The notes beneath the pieces were generated by a model. That model had not been told where the DNA came from, searched no databases, and worked only from the letters and a program-made list of their open reading frames with translations. The position numbers and the translations under genes were made by a program. Shown here in pieces: positions 1 to 9,127 of a stretch of 64,000 bases of DNA (position 1 is its first letter; the number at the start of each line of letters is the position of its first letter). Origin of the DNA: an uncultured Mailhella sp. (GTDB lineage Bacteria > Desulfobacterota > Desulfovibrionia > Desulfovibrionales > Desulfovibrionaceae); contig CALUPL010000045.1 in assembly GCA_944322635.1 (NCBI GenBank), positions 1,102-65,101 of the forward strand, given 5' to 3'.

Positions 1-1670
1 ATGACCTGCGGATTGTTGTGGGACTGGCGGCGGGGCATATGGCTGTCTATGGCGTAGAGTCCCTTCTGCCGTTCGCGGGCATGGGGGAGGTAGTCCTGCT
101 TGATGCGGCAGGTGCCGCCGCCGGCTACGCAGCCGCCGGGGCAGGCCATGACTTCAATGAAGGTGTAGGGCGATTTTCCGGCAACGGCCTGTTCGGCAAG
201 TTTGCGGGCGTTGGCAAGTCCGTGCACCACGGCCACCTTGATGACGCCGTGTTCCTTGCCGAGGTCCACGTCGGCCTCGCGCAGGCCTTCCATGCCGCGC
301 ACGGGCATGACGTTCACGCCGGGCAGTTCCCTGTGATTGAGTACGGCGTACACGGTACGTACCGCCGCTTCCATGACGCCGCCCGTGGTGCCGAAAATGA
401 CGGCGGCACCTGTGGAGTCGCTCATGTAGGGATTGTCGAAGGGTTCGGGATCCAGACGGGCGAGATCTATGCCGCTGCGGCGCAGCAGTCTGGTGAGCTC
501 GCGCACGGTTATGACCACGTCGGTGTCGGGCTGACCGTTCGTGTAGAGCTGGGCGCGGGCGGCTTCATCTTTTTTTGCCGTGCAGGGCATGATGGAGATG
601 TTGCGTATTTTTTTGGGTGATACTCCGGTTTTTTCCGCAAGGTAGCTTTTAACGAGCGAGCTGCACACTCCCTGCGGGGAGCGCGTGGTGGACACGTAGG
701 GCAGAACTTCCGGGCAGTGTTTTTCGGCGTAGTTGACCCAGCCCGGGCAGCAGGAGGTGAACATGGGAAGCTTGCCGCCGTTTCTGATGCGGCCGAGCAG
801 TTCCGTGCCTTCCTCCATGATGACCACGTCGGCGGCGAAGTCGGTGTCAATGACGATGTCCGCGCCGAGGCGGCGCAGAGCGGCTACAACTCTGCCTTCC
901 ACGTTTTCGCCGGGAGCGAGGCCGAATTCCTCGCCCATGACCACGCGTACCGAGGGCGCAAAGGCAAATACCGTGGTCAGTTCGGGATTGGCGAGAAAGT
1001 CGAGAACCTCGTCGTTTTCATCCCGTTCCGCCAGGGCGCCTGTGGGACATACCAGCGTGCACTGGCCGCACTGGATGCAGGCGGAAGTGTTCTGGCTGGG
1101 GGCCATGCCCACGCCGATATGCGTGCCCGTGCCGGTACCGTCCACGGTGAGGGCGGCCACTCCCTGTACCTTGCGGCACACTTCCACGCAGCGCAGGCAG
1201 CGTATGCATTTGGTCATGTCGCGTACCATGCCGTGCATGGTATTGTCGAAGGGACGGTCATGCGGCAGTCTGGGGGCAAAACGGTTCGTGGAAAGTCCCA
1301 CGTATTCGGCGAGATCCTGAAGTTCGCAGTCGCCGTGGCGGGCACAGGCTGCGCAGTCCTGGTCGTGATCGGCGAACACGAGTTCCACCTGGAGGCGCTG
1401 CATCTTGCGCACGCGGGCAGAGCGTGTGTTCACTCTCATGCCTTCTTCCATGGGCGTATTGCAGGTGGTGAGCATTTCGGTGTGACCGTGTTTGTCGGTG
1501 ACTTCGGCCAGACACACGCGGCAGGTGCCGGGCTTGTGGTTGAGAGGCTGAAAATGGCAGAGTGTGGGAATGAATATGCCGTTGCGCCGGGCCACCTGAA
1601 GGATGGTTTCTCCCGGCTCGAAAGTGTAATCACGTCCGTTGATGGATGCGTTCATGGCGGATTCTCTCAT
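1..1670 (-). CDS. hydA: [FeFe]-hydrogenase catalytic subunit (N-terminal 2Fe-2S, His-ligated 4Fe-4S, 2x4Fe-4S, H-domain); 3' end runs off the window
   Basis: Not in the ORF track because no stop lies in the window. Manual minus-strand translation from ATG 1670 (or 1655) gives IPTLC...GTCRVC, HDQDCAAC, KCIRCLRCVEVC, CIQCGQCTLVCP and the H-cluster motifs TSCCPGW, MPCTAKKDE, EVMACPGGCVAGGG. Confidence 0.95.
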   Translation of the reverse strand, partial: MRESAMNASINGRDYTFEPGETILQVARRNGIFIPTLCHFQPLNHKPGTCRVCLAEVTDKHGHTEMLTTCNTPMEEGMRVNTRSARVRKMQRLQVELVFADHDQDCAACARHGDCELQDLAEYVGLSTNRFAPRLPHDRPFDNTMHGMVRDMTKCIRCLRCVEVCRKVQGVAALTVDGTGTGTHIGVGMAPSQNTSACIQCGQCTLVCPTGALAERDENDEVLDFLANPELTTVFAFAPSVRVVMGEEFGLAPGENVEGRVVAALRRLGADIVIDTDFAADVVIMEEGTELLGRIRNGGKLPMFTSCCPGWVNYAEKHCPEVLPYVSTTRSPQGVCSSLVKSYLAEKTGVSPKKIRNISIMPCTAKKDEAARAQLYTNGQPDTDVVITVRELTRLLRRSGIDLARLDPEPFDNPYMSDSTGAAVIFGTTGGVMEAAVRTVYAVLNHRELPGVNVMPVRGMEGLREADVDLGKEHGVIKVAVVHGLANARKLAEQAVAGKSPYTFIEVMACPGGCVAGGGTCRIKQDYLPHARERQKGLYAIDSHMPRRQSHNNPQV

Positions 1671-1673
1671 AAA

Positions 1674-3653
1674 CTAAGCTTTGAAACCGGGGATCGGGGA
1701 ACGGGTGACGACGGACAGAATGCGGTAGCAGCGCATGCAGCGCTTCGCTTCCTGCCAGGCCTCTTCCTGCGACATGCCGAGTTCCACTTCCTTGAAGTTG
1801 TGGGCGCGTTCGGCAGGGGAAAGCTCGTTCAGTCTGACGCGGGCCTTCTTTTCCTCTCCGCATACGGGATCGTCTCCGAAGAGACCGGCCTGACGGATAA
1901 GCTGGCTTATGCGTTCGCGGGCGAGGAAGGGAGGTTTATCGTATTCAAGATAGCTCACGATGGCCTGCGCGCCTATGGAGCCTTGTGCCATGCCGTGGAT
2001 GAGAACGCTGGGACCTTTGGTGCGCGGGCCGGTGGTGCCGTCGCCGCCGGCGAACACGCCGGGCCTGGAGGTGGCCTGATATTCATCCACGATGATGCAG
2101 TTCTTGCGGTCGAGCGCAATGCCGTCGGCTTCGGTGAGCATGGAAGGATCGCTCTTCTGTCCGATGGCGGCAATGACGTAGTCGCAGGGAATGACGAATT
2201 CCGAACCGGCAATGGGCTTTACGCCCCGACGGCCGCTTTCATCGGGTTCGGTCTGCTGCATCTTCACGCAGCGCAGCCCCGTGATTTTCCCGTTTTCCAC
2301 CACCAGGGAGTGCTGGCCGGACAGGAAGTGAAATTCCACGCCTTCGCGTCCGGCTTCCACGATTTCTTCGCGGTCGGCCGGGGCATCGGATTCGGTGCGG
2401 CGATAGACGAGATGCACCTTTCCTTTGGTCATGCGCACGGCGGAGCGGCAGCAGTCCATGGCCACGTTGCCGCCGCCGACGACCACCACATCTCCTTCCA
2501 GCGTGGGGGTGACGCCGCTTTCCAGCGCGTCGTGCACCTTTTCCAGAAAATCTATGCCGTTTTCATATTCGGGTAGTGAGGTGTCTTCACCTTCCATGCC
2601 GAGGTATCCGCCGAGCGGACAGCCCGTGGCGATGAATACGGCCTTGTAGCCTCTCTTGAACAGATCGTCGATGTGGAAGTCGCGTCCGAGCTTCTGATTG
2701 AAGAAGAACATGCCTCCCATGTCCTTGACGAGTTCGTTTTCCTGCATGAGCACGTTCTTGGGAAGGCGGTAGAAGGGAATGCCGTAACGGACCATGCCTC
2801 CGGCCTTGTCGTGCGCTTCATAGATGTCCACGGGGTAGCCCGTTTCCAGAAGCTGATAGGCGCACGTCACGCCCACGGGGCCGGCACCTATGACGGCCAC
2901 GCGCTTGTTTTTCGTGGTGGGGCAGGGTTCGGGTTTCAGAATGCCGGGCACAATGGTTTCGTCGGCCGCAAAGCGCTTCAGATTCTTTATGTCCACGGGG
3001 GCATCCACCTGACCGCGGCGACAGGCCTTTTCGCAGTAGCGCACGCATACGCGGCCGCAGCTTCCGGCAAGAGGATAGTGGTTGAGCACCACGCCTGCGG
3101 CAAGGTCGTTGTGACCGTCCTGCAGATAGTCGATGTAGCGGGGCACATTCACATGACTGGGGCAGGCCTCTATGCAGGGGCTGGTGGTCACGGAATAGAA
3201 GCCTGCGTCTCCGTGGAAGGGGAAGGGACGCAGTTCGTCGGGAAAATGGAAGAGAGCGTCGAGCAGCGGAGTGGTTCCTGTGCGGCCTACGCCGCACAGC
3301 GATGTTTCATGCATCTGCTCCGTGATGTCACGCACTTCTTCCCAGCGTACGAGTTCTCCGCGGCAGGCTTTTTCCAGTTCCTGAGCAAGAATGGGAGAGC
3401 CGGAACGGCAGGGAGAACACTTGCCGCAGGATTCGGCGGCAAGGCGTTGATGGTGTTTCCACAGTGCCCAGACAAGACTTGCCGTGCGGGAGAACACCAG
3501 AAATCCACGGTTGCTGAGAAAGATTTCCGTGGGGTTCCCCTCGTTGAACTGGTCAAAAAGTTCCAGCGGCAGGTCTTCGGGAGCAGTGGGGGCCGCGGAT
3601 CCGCGGTTGTCGTACACGACATTGTCCCAGACCCCGTAAATCAGCTGCGGCAT
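1674..3653 (-). CDS. GltD/NfnB-like FAD/NAD(P)H oxidoreductase with an N-terminal NuoF-type 4Fe-4S domain; hydrogenase partner subunit
   Basis: ESCGKCSPCRSG...LCGVG (NuoF C-terminal cluster), PCIEACP, CGRVCVRYCEKAC, IGAGPVG, GGGNVAMD..VYRR, EAKRCMRC. Ends 3 nt before hydA; RBS AGGAGG upstream. Confidence 0.9.
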   Translation of the reverse strand: MPQLIYGVWDNVVYDNRGSAAPTAPEDLPLELFDQFNEGNPTEIFLSNRGFLVFSRTASLVWALWKHHQRLAAESCGKCSPCRSGSPILAQELEKACRGELVRWEEVRDITEQMHETSLCGVGRTGTTPLLDALFHFPDELRPFPFHGDAGFYSVTTSPCIEACPSHVNVPRYIDYLQDGHNDLAAGVVLNHYPLAGSCGRVCVRYCEKACRRGQVDAPVDIKNLKRFAADETIVPGILKPEPCPTTKNKRVAVIGAGPVGVTCAYQLLETGYPVDIYEAHDKAGGMVRYGIPFYRLPKNVLMQENELVKDMGGMFFFNQKLGRDFHIDDLFKRGYKAVFIATGCPLGGYLGMEGEDTSLPEYENGIDFLEKVHDALESGVTPTLEGDVVVVGGGNVAMDCCRSAVRMTKGKVHLVYRRTESDAPADREEIVEAGREGVEFHFLSGQHSLVVENGKITGLRCVKMQQTEPDESGRRGVKPIAGSEFVIPCDYVIAAIGQKSDPSMLTEADGIALDRKNCIIVDEYQATSRPGVFAGGDGTTGPRTKGPSVLIHGMAQGSIGAQAIVSYLEYDKPPFLARERISQLIRQAGLFGDDPVCGEEKKARVRLNELSPAERAHNFKEVELGMSQEEAWQEAKRCMRCYRILSVVTRSPIPGFKA

Positions 3654-4007
3654 AGGGTTTAGCCTCCTTGTTGGTGCGGTATGAGCAACGGTTGCCGGAA
3701 ACGATGGTTATTTTTTGGTCCATGACCTTAATGTTCTGCCTAAACTATCGGCTATATGTAGGGAAAAAACTCGCCTTCGTAAAGAGAGGAAACAAAAAAG
3801 CTGCCCGGCTTCCGGACATCGGTTGAATACCGTTGTGGGGATGGGATTTCGATTCCTGCAGAGAGCTTTTCGCGTTCGGCATCGCGAAGGGCCTTTTGTT
3901 CCTGTCTCCGTGATGTTTTTTTCGGACTGAACAGGACGCATGACTCGTCGTTTACAAGGTAGAGGGGTTCACGTTATGTTCTGAGCACTGAAACGGTGAG
4001 GGATTTC

Positions 4008-4508
4008 ATGAATCATCAGATTGTTATGCTTGTCGTGAGTGGTACGTTGGTTGGTTGTCTTTTCAAGTATTTGAATATTCCCGGCGGCTGCATGCTCGGA
4101 GCTGTGGTGGGGAGCATGGCCGTGAAACTGCTCGGGCTTGCCGACATTCAGATGCCCTCGATTTTTTACAACGTGGCGCAGCTCGGCATAGGCATCTGTG
4201 TGGGGTCCATGCTTTCGCTGGATCTGCTCATCAGCATGAAGGATCAGATTCCCGTCATGCTACTGAGTACCTTCATTCTGCTTGCGGCAGGTCTCGGTTC
4301 GGCCTTTGTGGTACGTCACATGACTGATATTGATGTGATAGGTTCCATTCTTGCCACGTCGCCGGGCGGACTCAATGCGGTCATCGGACTTGCTGATGCC
4401 AACGAGTATCTTCCCAAGATCATGGCCTTTCAGATGACGCGTCTTTATATTGTCATTCTCATGGTGCCGGTGTTCTGCTGGTGCATGAAATTCTTTTTTC
4501 ACAAGTAG
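4008..4508 (+). CDS. AbrB-family membrane protein (single-repeat, half length)
   Basis: Hydrophobic 166 aa with IPGGxMLGA, AQxxIGxxVG and ATSPGGL motifs. Confidence 0.7.
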   Translation: MNHQIVMLVVSGTLVGCLFKYLNIPGGCMLGAVVGSMAVKLLGLADIQMPSIFYNVAQLGIGICVGSMLSLDLLISMKDQIPVMLLSTFILLAAGLGSAFVVRHMTDIDVIGSILATSPGGLNAVIGLADANEYLPKIMAFQMTRLYIVILMVPVFCWCMKFFFHK

Positions 4509-4824
4509 TTTTAATAATAAAACTGTGTTATATGGTCCACGCCTGCACCCGTGGGAGGCTGACAGAGTATGAGAGCTTTTTTGCGAGTTTCAGCTGATCC
4601 TTGAGTGAGGGAGGAATATCAAAAACAACGGAAAAGAGCGGTGTTCGAAAATCGCAGACAGGCCGGAAACTTGTTGCTTCTGCCTGTGAAAAACGCCCGT
4701 CGCATCAGTGCGGCGGGCGTTTTTCACAGGGAGGCGATCGTGTGGACGAAGAAGTCTCACGTCTTGAGCTTATTATTGAATATCTGCGCTGATTCTGCGG
4801 ATGCGGAGGGGGCGGCACTGCTCA

Positions 4825-5493
4825 TTATCGTCGATGTCCTCCGGGACGGGGCATACCGGGACGCGGTCCGGACGGTCTTATGCTCGAAGGTCTGGAAACG
4901 CCTCCGGCAGGACGAAAGGCAGGCGGACGAGGGCGTGTGCCGGAAGGTCTTATCATGGGGGGACGTGCGGCACCTCCACCGGGACGCCCGATAACGGGTC
5001 TGGGTGGTCTGCTGCCCGCTCCGGGCCGCATGACCGGAGGTCTTCCTCCCGGTGTACCGGGCCGCATCATGGGAGGGCGCGGTCCGCCGGGCCTTCCGGG
5101 GGCTACGACCGGGGGTCTGGGAGAGCCGGGACGCACGGCCGGGGGCTTTATGCCCGGAGGTCTCATACCCGGCGGCCTTATACCGGGAGGCGGCCTGTGT
5201 CCAGGGGAAACAAGACCGGGGGCAGGCGGTCTGTGCGGAGGGGGCGGCGGTGCGATGTGATGCGGACGCGGCGGAGGCGGTGCCACGATAACAGGGGGGG
5301 GAAGAACGGGAAAGAGAAGAGACGTGCCGTAGTAGCCGGGTGAACTGTATACGCCCGTTCCCACGCTGACGCTGCCGCCGTACACGCCGCCGGAGCCTAC
5401 GGCCACGCTGCCGGCAACGTCCGGACCGTAAGGGTCGTAGGCGCAGCCGGAGAGAGCAACGGCCAGTGCGACGGCAAGAAGCCTGAGCTTCAT
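4825..5493 (-). CDS. Pro/Arg/Gly-rich repetitive lipoprotein, function unknown
   Basis: RBS AAGGAG then MKLRLLAVALAVALSGC (lipobox). The C-terminal ~150 aa are PPxxRP(G) repeats. Confidence 0.75.
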   Translation of the reverse strand: MKLRLLAVALAVALSGCAYDPYGPDVAGSVAVGSGGVYGGSVSVGTGVYSSPGYYGTSLLFPVLPPPVIVAPPPPRPHHIAPPPPPHRPPAPGLVSPGHRPPPGIRPPGMRPPGIKPPAVRPGSPRPPVVAPGRPGGPRPPMMRPGTPGGRPPVMRPGAGSRPPRPVIGRPGGGAARPPMIRPSGTRPRPPAFRPAGGVSRPSSIRPSGPRPGMPRPGGHRR

Positions 5494-5690
5494 GGTTGTC
5501 TCCTTGCCTTTTTGGTGCAGAAGGCGTTTGGGAAATGACATGACGACAAACCCTGAACCGGCTTTCACACGAGACAGCCGGAGGTTCCGGACTCTGCCCA
5601 GGAAGGGTGACGCTCGGAAGAAGGCGGGCAACCCCGTCTCATCACTTACAGAATAGACATTCTGCAGGAAAAGACAAGTTTCGTTTTCTT

Positions 5691-6608
5691 TCAGGATTGT
5701 TGCTGCTTTTGTGAAGAAAGAACCTCGCGTATGCGACATACGCCGCACACTTCCGTGGACGTGGGGTAGCCGCAGCGTACGCAGGGGGAAAGGCTGGCTC
5801 CCGTTTCTACTTCAGCACGACGGAATGCGGGCTTCCCGCGTTCCAGAAAGCCGTGATAGAAGTCCATCTTGCGGCCGGGCATTTTTTCTTCCAGGTCTAT
5901 CCACAGGCTTTTGAGCGTGGAAAAACTGGCGCCTTCGCTGTAGGGACAGGGGGCATAGTGATTTTCTATGCCCATGAGAAAGGCGTAGTTGGCCGTTTCG
6001 AATTCGGTGAGTCTCCAGAACGGCTTGACCTTTTTCGTAAAGCCGTCGGAATCTTCCAGAAGAGGACCCTGATCGCTGAGATAGGCTCTGTCCCAGCGCA
6101 GCGTGTTGCTTGTGAGTCTTGCCACCTCGTCGTCGAGATTGTGGCCCGTGGCAAGTACGTTGAAGCCTCCTTCGCGCGCTGTCTGATTGAAATAGTAGCG
6201 TTTTATCTTGCCGCAGGCGGAGCATACGGGTCTGCGCAGCGCGGCCTTTACTTCGGGAATGGCCAGTCCTTCGGCTGCCATGTCCCGAATGATGAGCGGA
6301 AAGTCGTATTTTTTGCAGAAGCGTTCCACCACGGCGCGGGCGGCGGGCGAAGACTCGGGTATGCCGAGATCGATATGCAGGGCCGTGACGTTGTAGCCCT
6401 GCCGGCCGAGTTCGAGCATGAGGGCAAGAGAATCCTTGCCGCCGGAAAGAGCCACGAGTACGCGGTCGTTTCGGGTCATAAGCCCCTGTTCCCGTATTCC
6501 CCTGTCAACCTGCTTGGAAAAGAAGTCCAGAAAGCAGTCGGGACAGAAGGCGGTATTGTGGCTGGGCAGGGAGACGACGGCGCGTGCATGGCAGCGGCGG
6601 CACTTCAT
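5691..6608 (-). CDS. TtuA/Ctu1(NcsA)-like tRNA thiolation ATP pyrophosphatase (TtcA/TtuA family)
   Basis: N-terminal CxxC...CxxC, PP-loop SGGKDS, CSACG, TGHNLDD, CPY, C-terminal Zn finger CVRC...CGVC. Confidence 0.85.
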   Translation of the reverse strand: MKCRRCHARAVVSLPSHNTAFCPDCFLDFFSKQVDRGIREQGLMTRNDRVLVALSGGKDSLALMLELGRQGYNVTALHIDLGIPESSPAARAVVERFCKKYDFPLIIRDMAAEGLAIPEVKAALRRPVCSACGKIKRYYFNQTAREGGFNVLATGHNLDDEVARLTSNTLRWDRAYLSDQGPLLEDSDGFTKKVKPFWRLTEFETANYAFLMGIENHYAPCPYSEGASFSTLKSLWIDLEEKMPGRKMDFYHGFLERGKPAFRRAEVETGASLSPCVRCGYPTSTEVCGVCRIREVLSSQKQQQS

Positions 6609-6770
6609 GGGAGAACCTCGTGAAAAAGGAAATGTTCGGTGTTGCGAAGGGAAAGGTGGCCAAAGGCACACTTCACAGACTCAGAGGAATACGCTAAAAA
6701 GGTGGAAGTGTAAAACTGCAATGTTCTCAGACGTCCGGGCTGTGCCCGAACAAGACGGAGTGTGCCGCGC

Positions 6771-8870
6771 ATGGCTGATTCTTCCCGTACCTTCCGCAAA
6801 ATGACCGCGTGTGTCCTTGTTCTGTGCTGTCTTGGAGGCACCGTATGGTTCCTTCTTCCTGAGGGAAAGATTCCTGTCGTGGATGAAGCCAGAAACGCGG
6901 TGCGGAATCTGACGGGGCAGGATTCGAAGAGCGACGTTTCCAATCCGACTCTGAGCACGGATGATGCCAAAGCAAAAAGCGACGACGCGCAGGTCGCGGG
7001 CGGGAGTCGTCAGGTGGCGGCGCCCCTGAACGACGGTCCCCGTCCGGTGCCTCTGGATCCGCAGGCCGAGCTTTTGTCCAGAGTGGAAAAAGCCATGCAA
7101 CAGACGATTTCCGCTTCTTCCGATGGAGACAGCGTCTCAGGTTCCGTGGAAAATCGTCCGCCTGAGCCTGATGCCTCCCGGAAGGATTCCGTGGTTACGC
7201 CCCGTTTTGTAAGCGATATGGCGGCCTGGCTGGCTTCCGCCTACGTCCCTTCCCATCACGAGGGGCGGAGCGGTCGCACATCCGTCAGCCTTGTTCAGGC
7301 GAACTTTCGCTACAGCAATTCCGGAACCCTGCGGAGCGCGGAACGGGATCCTTTGAAAAGCCGTTCCTCCATTCTGAACTATGTATTCACGCCGGGTATG
7401 CTGGAAGCTCTTTATCGGATGTATGCTCCTTCATTTATGGAGGAAATGGAACGCTGCGCCCGCGAGACCCGCAGGAATCCTCTTTCCGAGGCACAGGTTG
7501 CGGACATGTTCGACGTTTATGCCGACAAGTTCCAGAGGCTTGCCGTTTCTCTTGATGCTGCCGCTTCGGTCGATCTTCCTGCACTTTCTGCCGCCATACA
7601 CCGCGAGGCGGGCCATGAAGCCGCGGCCAACGACAATTTCGCCCGGGCCTACATGGCGCTTTCTCTGGCACGGGAAAGCGGAAACAGAGATGAGGTGGCC
7701 ATACAGAGCCGACGCATGGCCGAAAATACCCGCGTGGCCGGTATGCACGCCGAAAGACAGGAAAGAGCCAGAAATGATATGGCCTATGCCATCCGGCGCA
7801 AGGCTGAAGGCAAGGCTCTTTCTTCTTCCGAGCTGCTGTTTCTCGGAGAATGGCTGAGCCGCAGGCACTGCTCCGTGGAAGCCGTGAGAGCTGCAGCCGA
7901 CGTGTGCCGCCGTATGGCTGAGCAGATGCACGATCGGGCAGAAGAGATACTTCACCGCCGCTCCGATGAAGCCGCAGTCCCTTCGGTGGAAGGCAAGGCC
8001 TCCGGGACCGAAACGGTGTCTTCGAAAGGCTCTGAGAGTGTCGGGGATACGACGGAAGCGTTGAAAAAGAGTGAGACACAGGGCGCTTCTTCCGTTCCAG
8101 AACAGAAGAGAGATACTGTGCACGCTGATGCGGATAAAACACCTCCGGCGGGTCAGAACGGCGGCAAATCCGCTCCATCATCCGTTTCTGGAACCGATTC
8201 GGGCGGCTCCGCAAGCCCGGCAGCTCCTTCCACTGTCAAGCCTGCCTTCCCGGAATTCTCTGGAACTCTGAATTTTTCTTCTTCAGCGAAGGCCGAAAGT
8301 CAGAGCGGTGAGGAGAGCTCAGCTCACGAGGTCGCCGGGGACGGAAGCGGTACTTCCCGTCGTGCAGAGGTTGAGCCTTCCGCAGAATCCGTACCTGCGC
8401 ATAAGGCATCCGACGGAGTTCCTCTTGCCGAATCCGGCGCCTTGACTCCGGCAGACGTGAGCGGAAAGGCGCAGACGGTGCCGGCCGCAGTCGGCGCGCC
8501 TTCCGACAAGCAGCCTGTCGTTTCCGGAACTGCTGCCTCCGCAGCTGTCGAGGCGTCTTCTGCGTCGTCGGATACTGCTTCCGCTTCCGGAAAAACGGAG
8601 GAAGGTGCGGCTTCGTCGTTCATCTCCGAACCCGGCATGCAGGCCGGGAATTCTCCCCACGTGGAGGAAAAAGATACGCAGAGCGGCTCGGTATCGACCG
8701 TTGCTCCCATATCTTCTGCTTCAAGTTCCGAAGCTGTCCCCGTGCCACAGGCGGTAAACAGGCTGGAGTCGGCCGCCGAGCCGCAGGACGTTCCTTCCGT
8801 ATCTGCTCCGCAGGCGGGATATCCAGAGGGGAGTGCCGTACAGTCTGCGGAACCCGCTTCACACCCTTAG
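6771..8870 (+). CDS. Membrane-anchored hypothetical protein: helical core plus long Ser/Ala/Pro/Glu low-complexity tail
   Basis: 700-codon ORF with an N-terminal TM segment (CVLVLCCLGGTVWFLL); followed by a hairpin at ~8897-8926. Confidence 0.7.
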   Translation: MADSSRTFRKMTACVLVLCCLGGTVWFLLPEGKIPVVDEARNAVRNLTGQDSKSDVSNPTLSTDDAKAKSDDAQVAGGSRQVAAPLNDGPRPVPLDPQAELLSRVEKAMQQTISASSDGDSVSGSVENRPPEPDASRKDSVVTPRFVSDMAAWLASAYVPSHHEGRSGRTSVSLVQANFRYSNSGTLRSAERDPLKSRSSILNYVFTPGMLEALYRMYAPSFMEEMERCARETRRNPLSEAQVADMFDVYADKFQRLAVSLDAAASVDLPALSAAIHREAGHEAAANDNFARAYMALSLARESGNRDEVAIQSRRMAENTRVAGMHAERQERARNDMAYAIRRKAEGKALSSSELLFLGEWLSRRHCSVEAVRAAADVCRRMAEQMHDRAEEILHRRSDEAAVPSVEGKASGTETVSSKGSESVGDTTEALKKSETQGASSVPEQKRDTVHADADKTPPAGQNGGKSAPSSVSGTDSGGSASPAAPSTVKPAFPEFSGTLNFSSSAKAESQSGEESSAHEVAGDGSGTSRRAEVEPSAESVPAHKASDGVPLAESGALTPADVSGKAQTVPAAVGAPSDKQPVVSGTAASAAVEASSASSDTASASGKTEEGAASSFISEPGMQAGNSPHVEEKDTQSGSVSTVAPISSASSSEAVPVPQAVNRLESAAEPQDVPSVSAPQAGYPEGSAVQSAEPASHP

Positions 8871-9127
8871 GCGTACGTCGGATGATAAGCAGAGGCCGGA
8901 ATTCTCTCGGGAAAACCGGCTTTTTGGTTGCCAGAAGCAAGGTCGAGCCTTTGAGTCCGCCGGGAAATGAGTCTTCAAAGAGTTTCTTTACAGCCGCGCG
9001 TACCGGTGCAGAAAAAAAACGATGCCGACGGCTCTTCAAGTCGGGATGAATCGAAGAGCCGTCGGCACATGTTTCGGTCGGCAGGGGAAGCTGCTCTGAA
9101 CGGAGCGGGCTCAGATACCTTGGTTGT

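Noticed and set aside
18-3662. Long plus-strand ORFs (200, 619, 329 aa) and similar antisense ORFs across the window (e.g. 16493-18079, 34611-36953, 48834-50705)
   Set aside because: Shadow frames of GC-rich genes on the opposite strand; no motifs or RBS, and His/Gly/Ala-biased composition.
5294-5302. Homopolymer tracts (G run in the lipoprotein gene; C10 at 11111-11120) as phase-variation switches
   Set aside because: The first encodes polyproline in frame; the second is one arm of a terminator-like hairpin.
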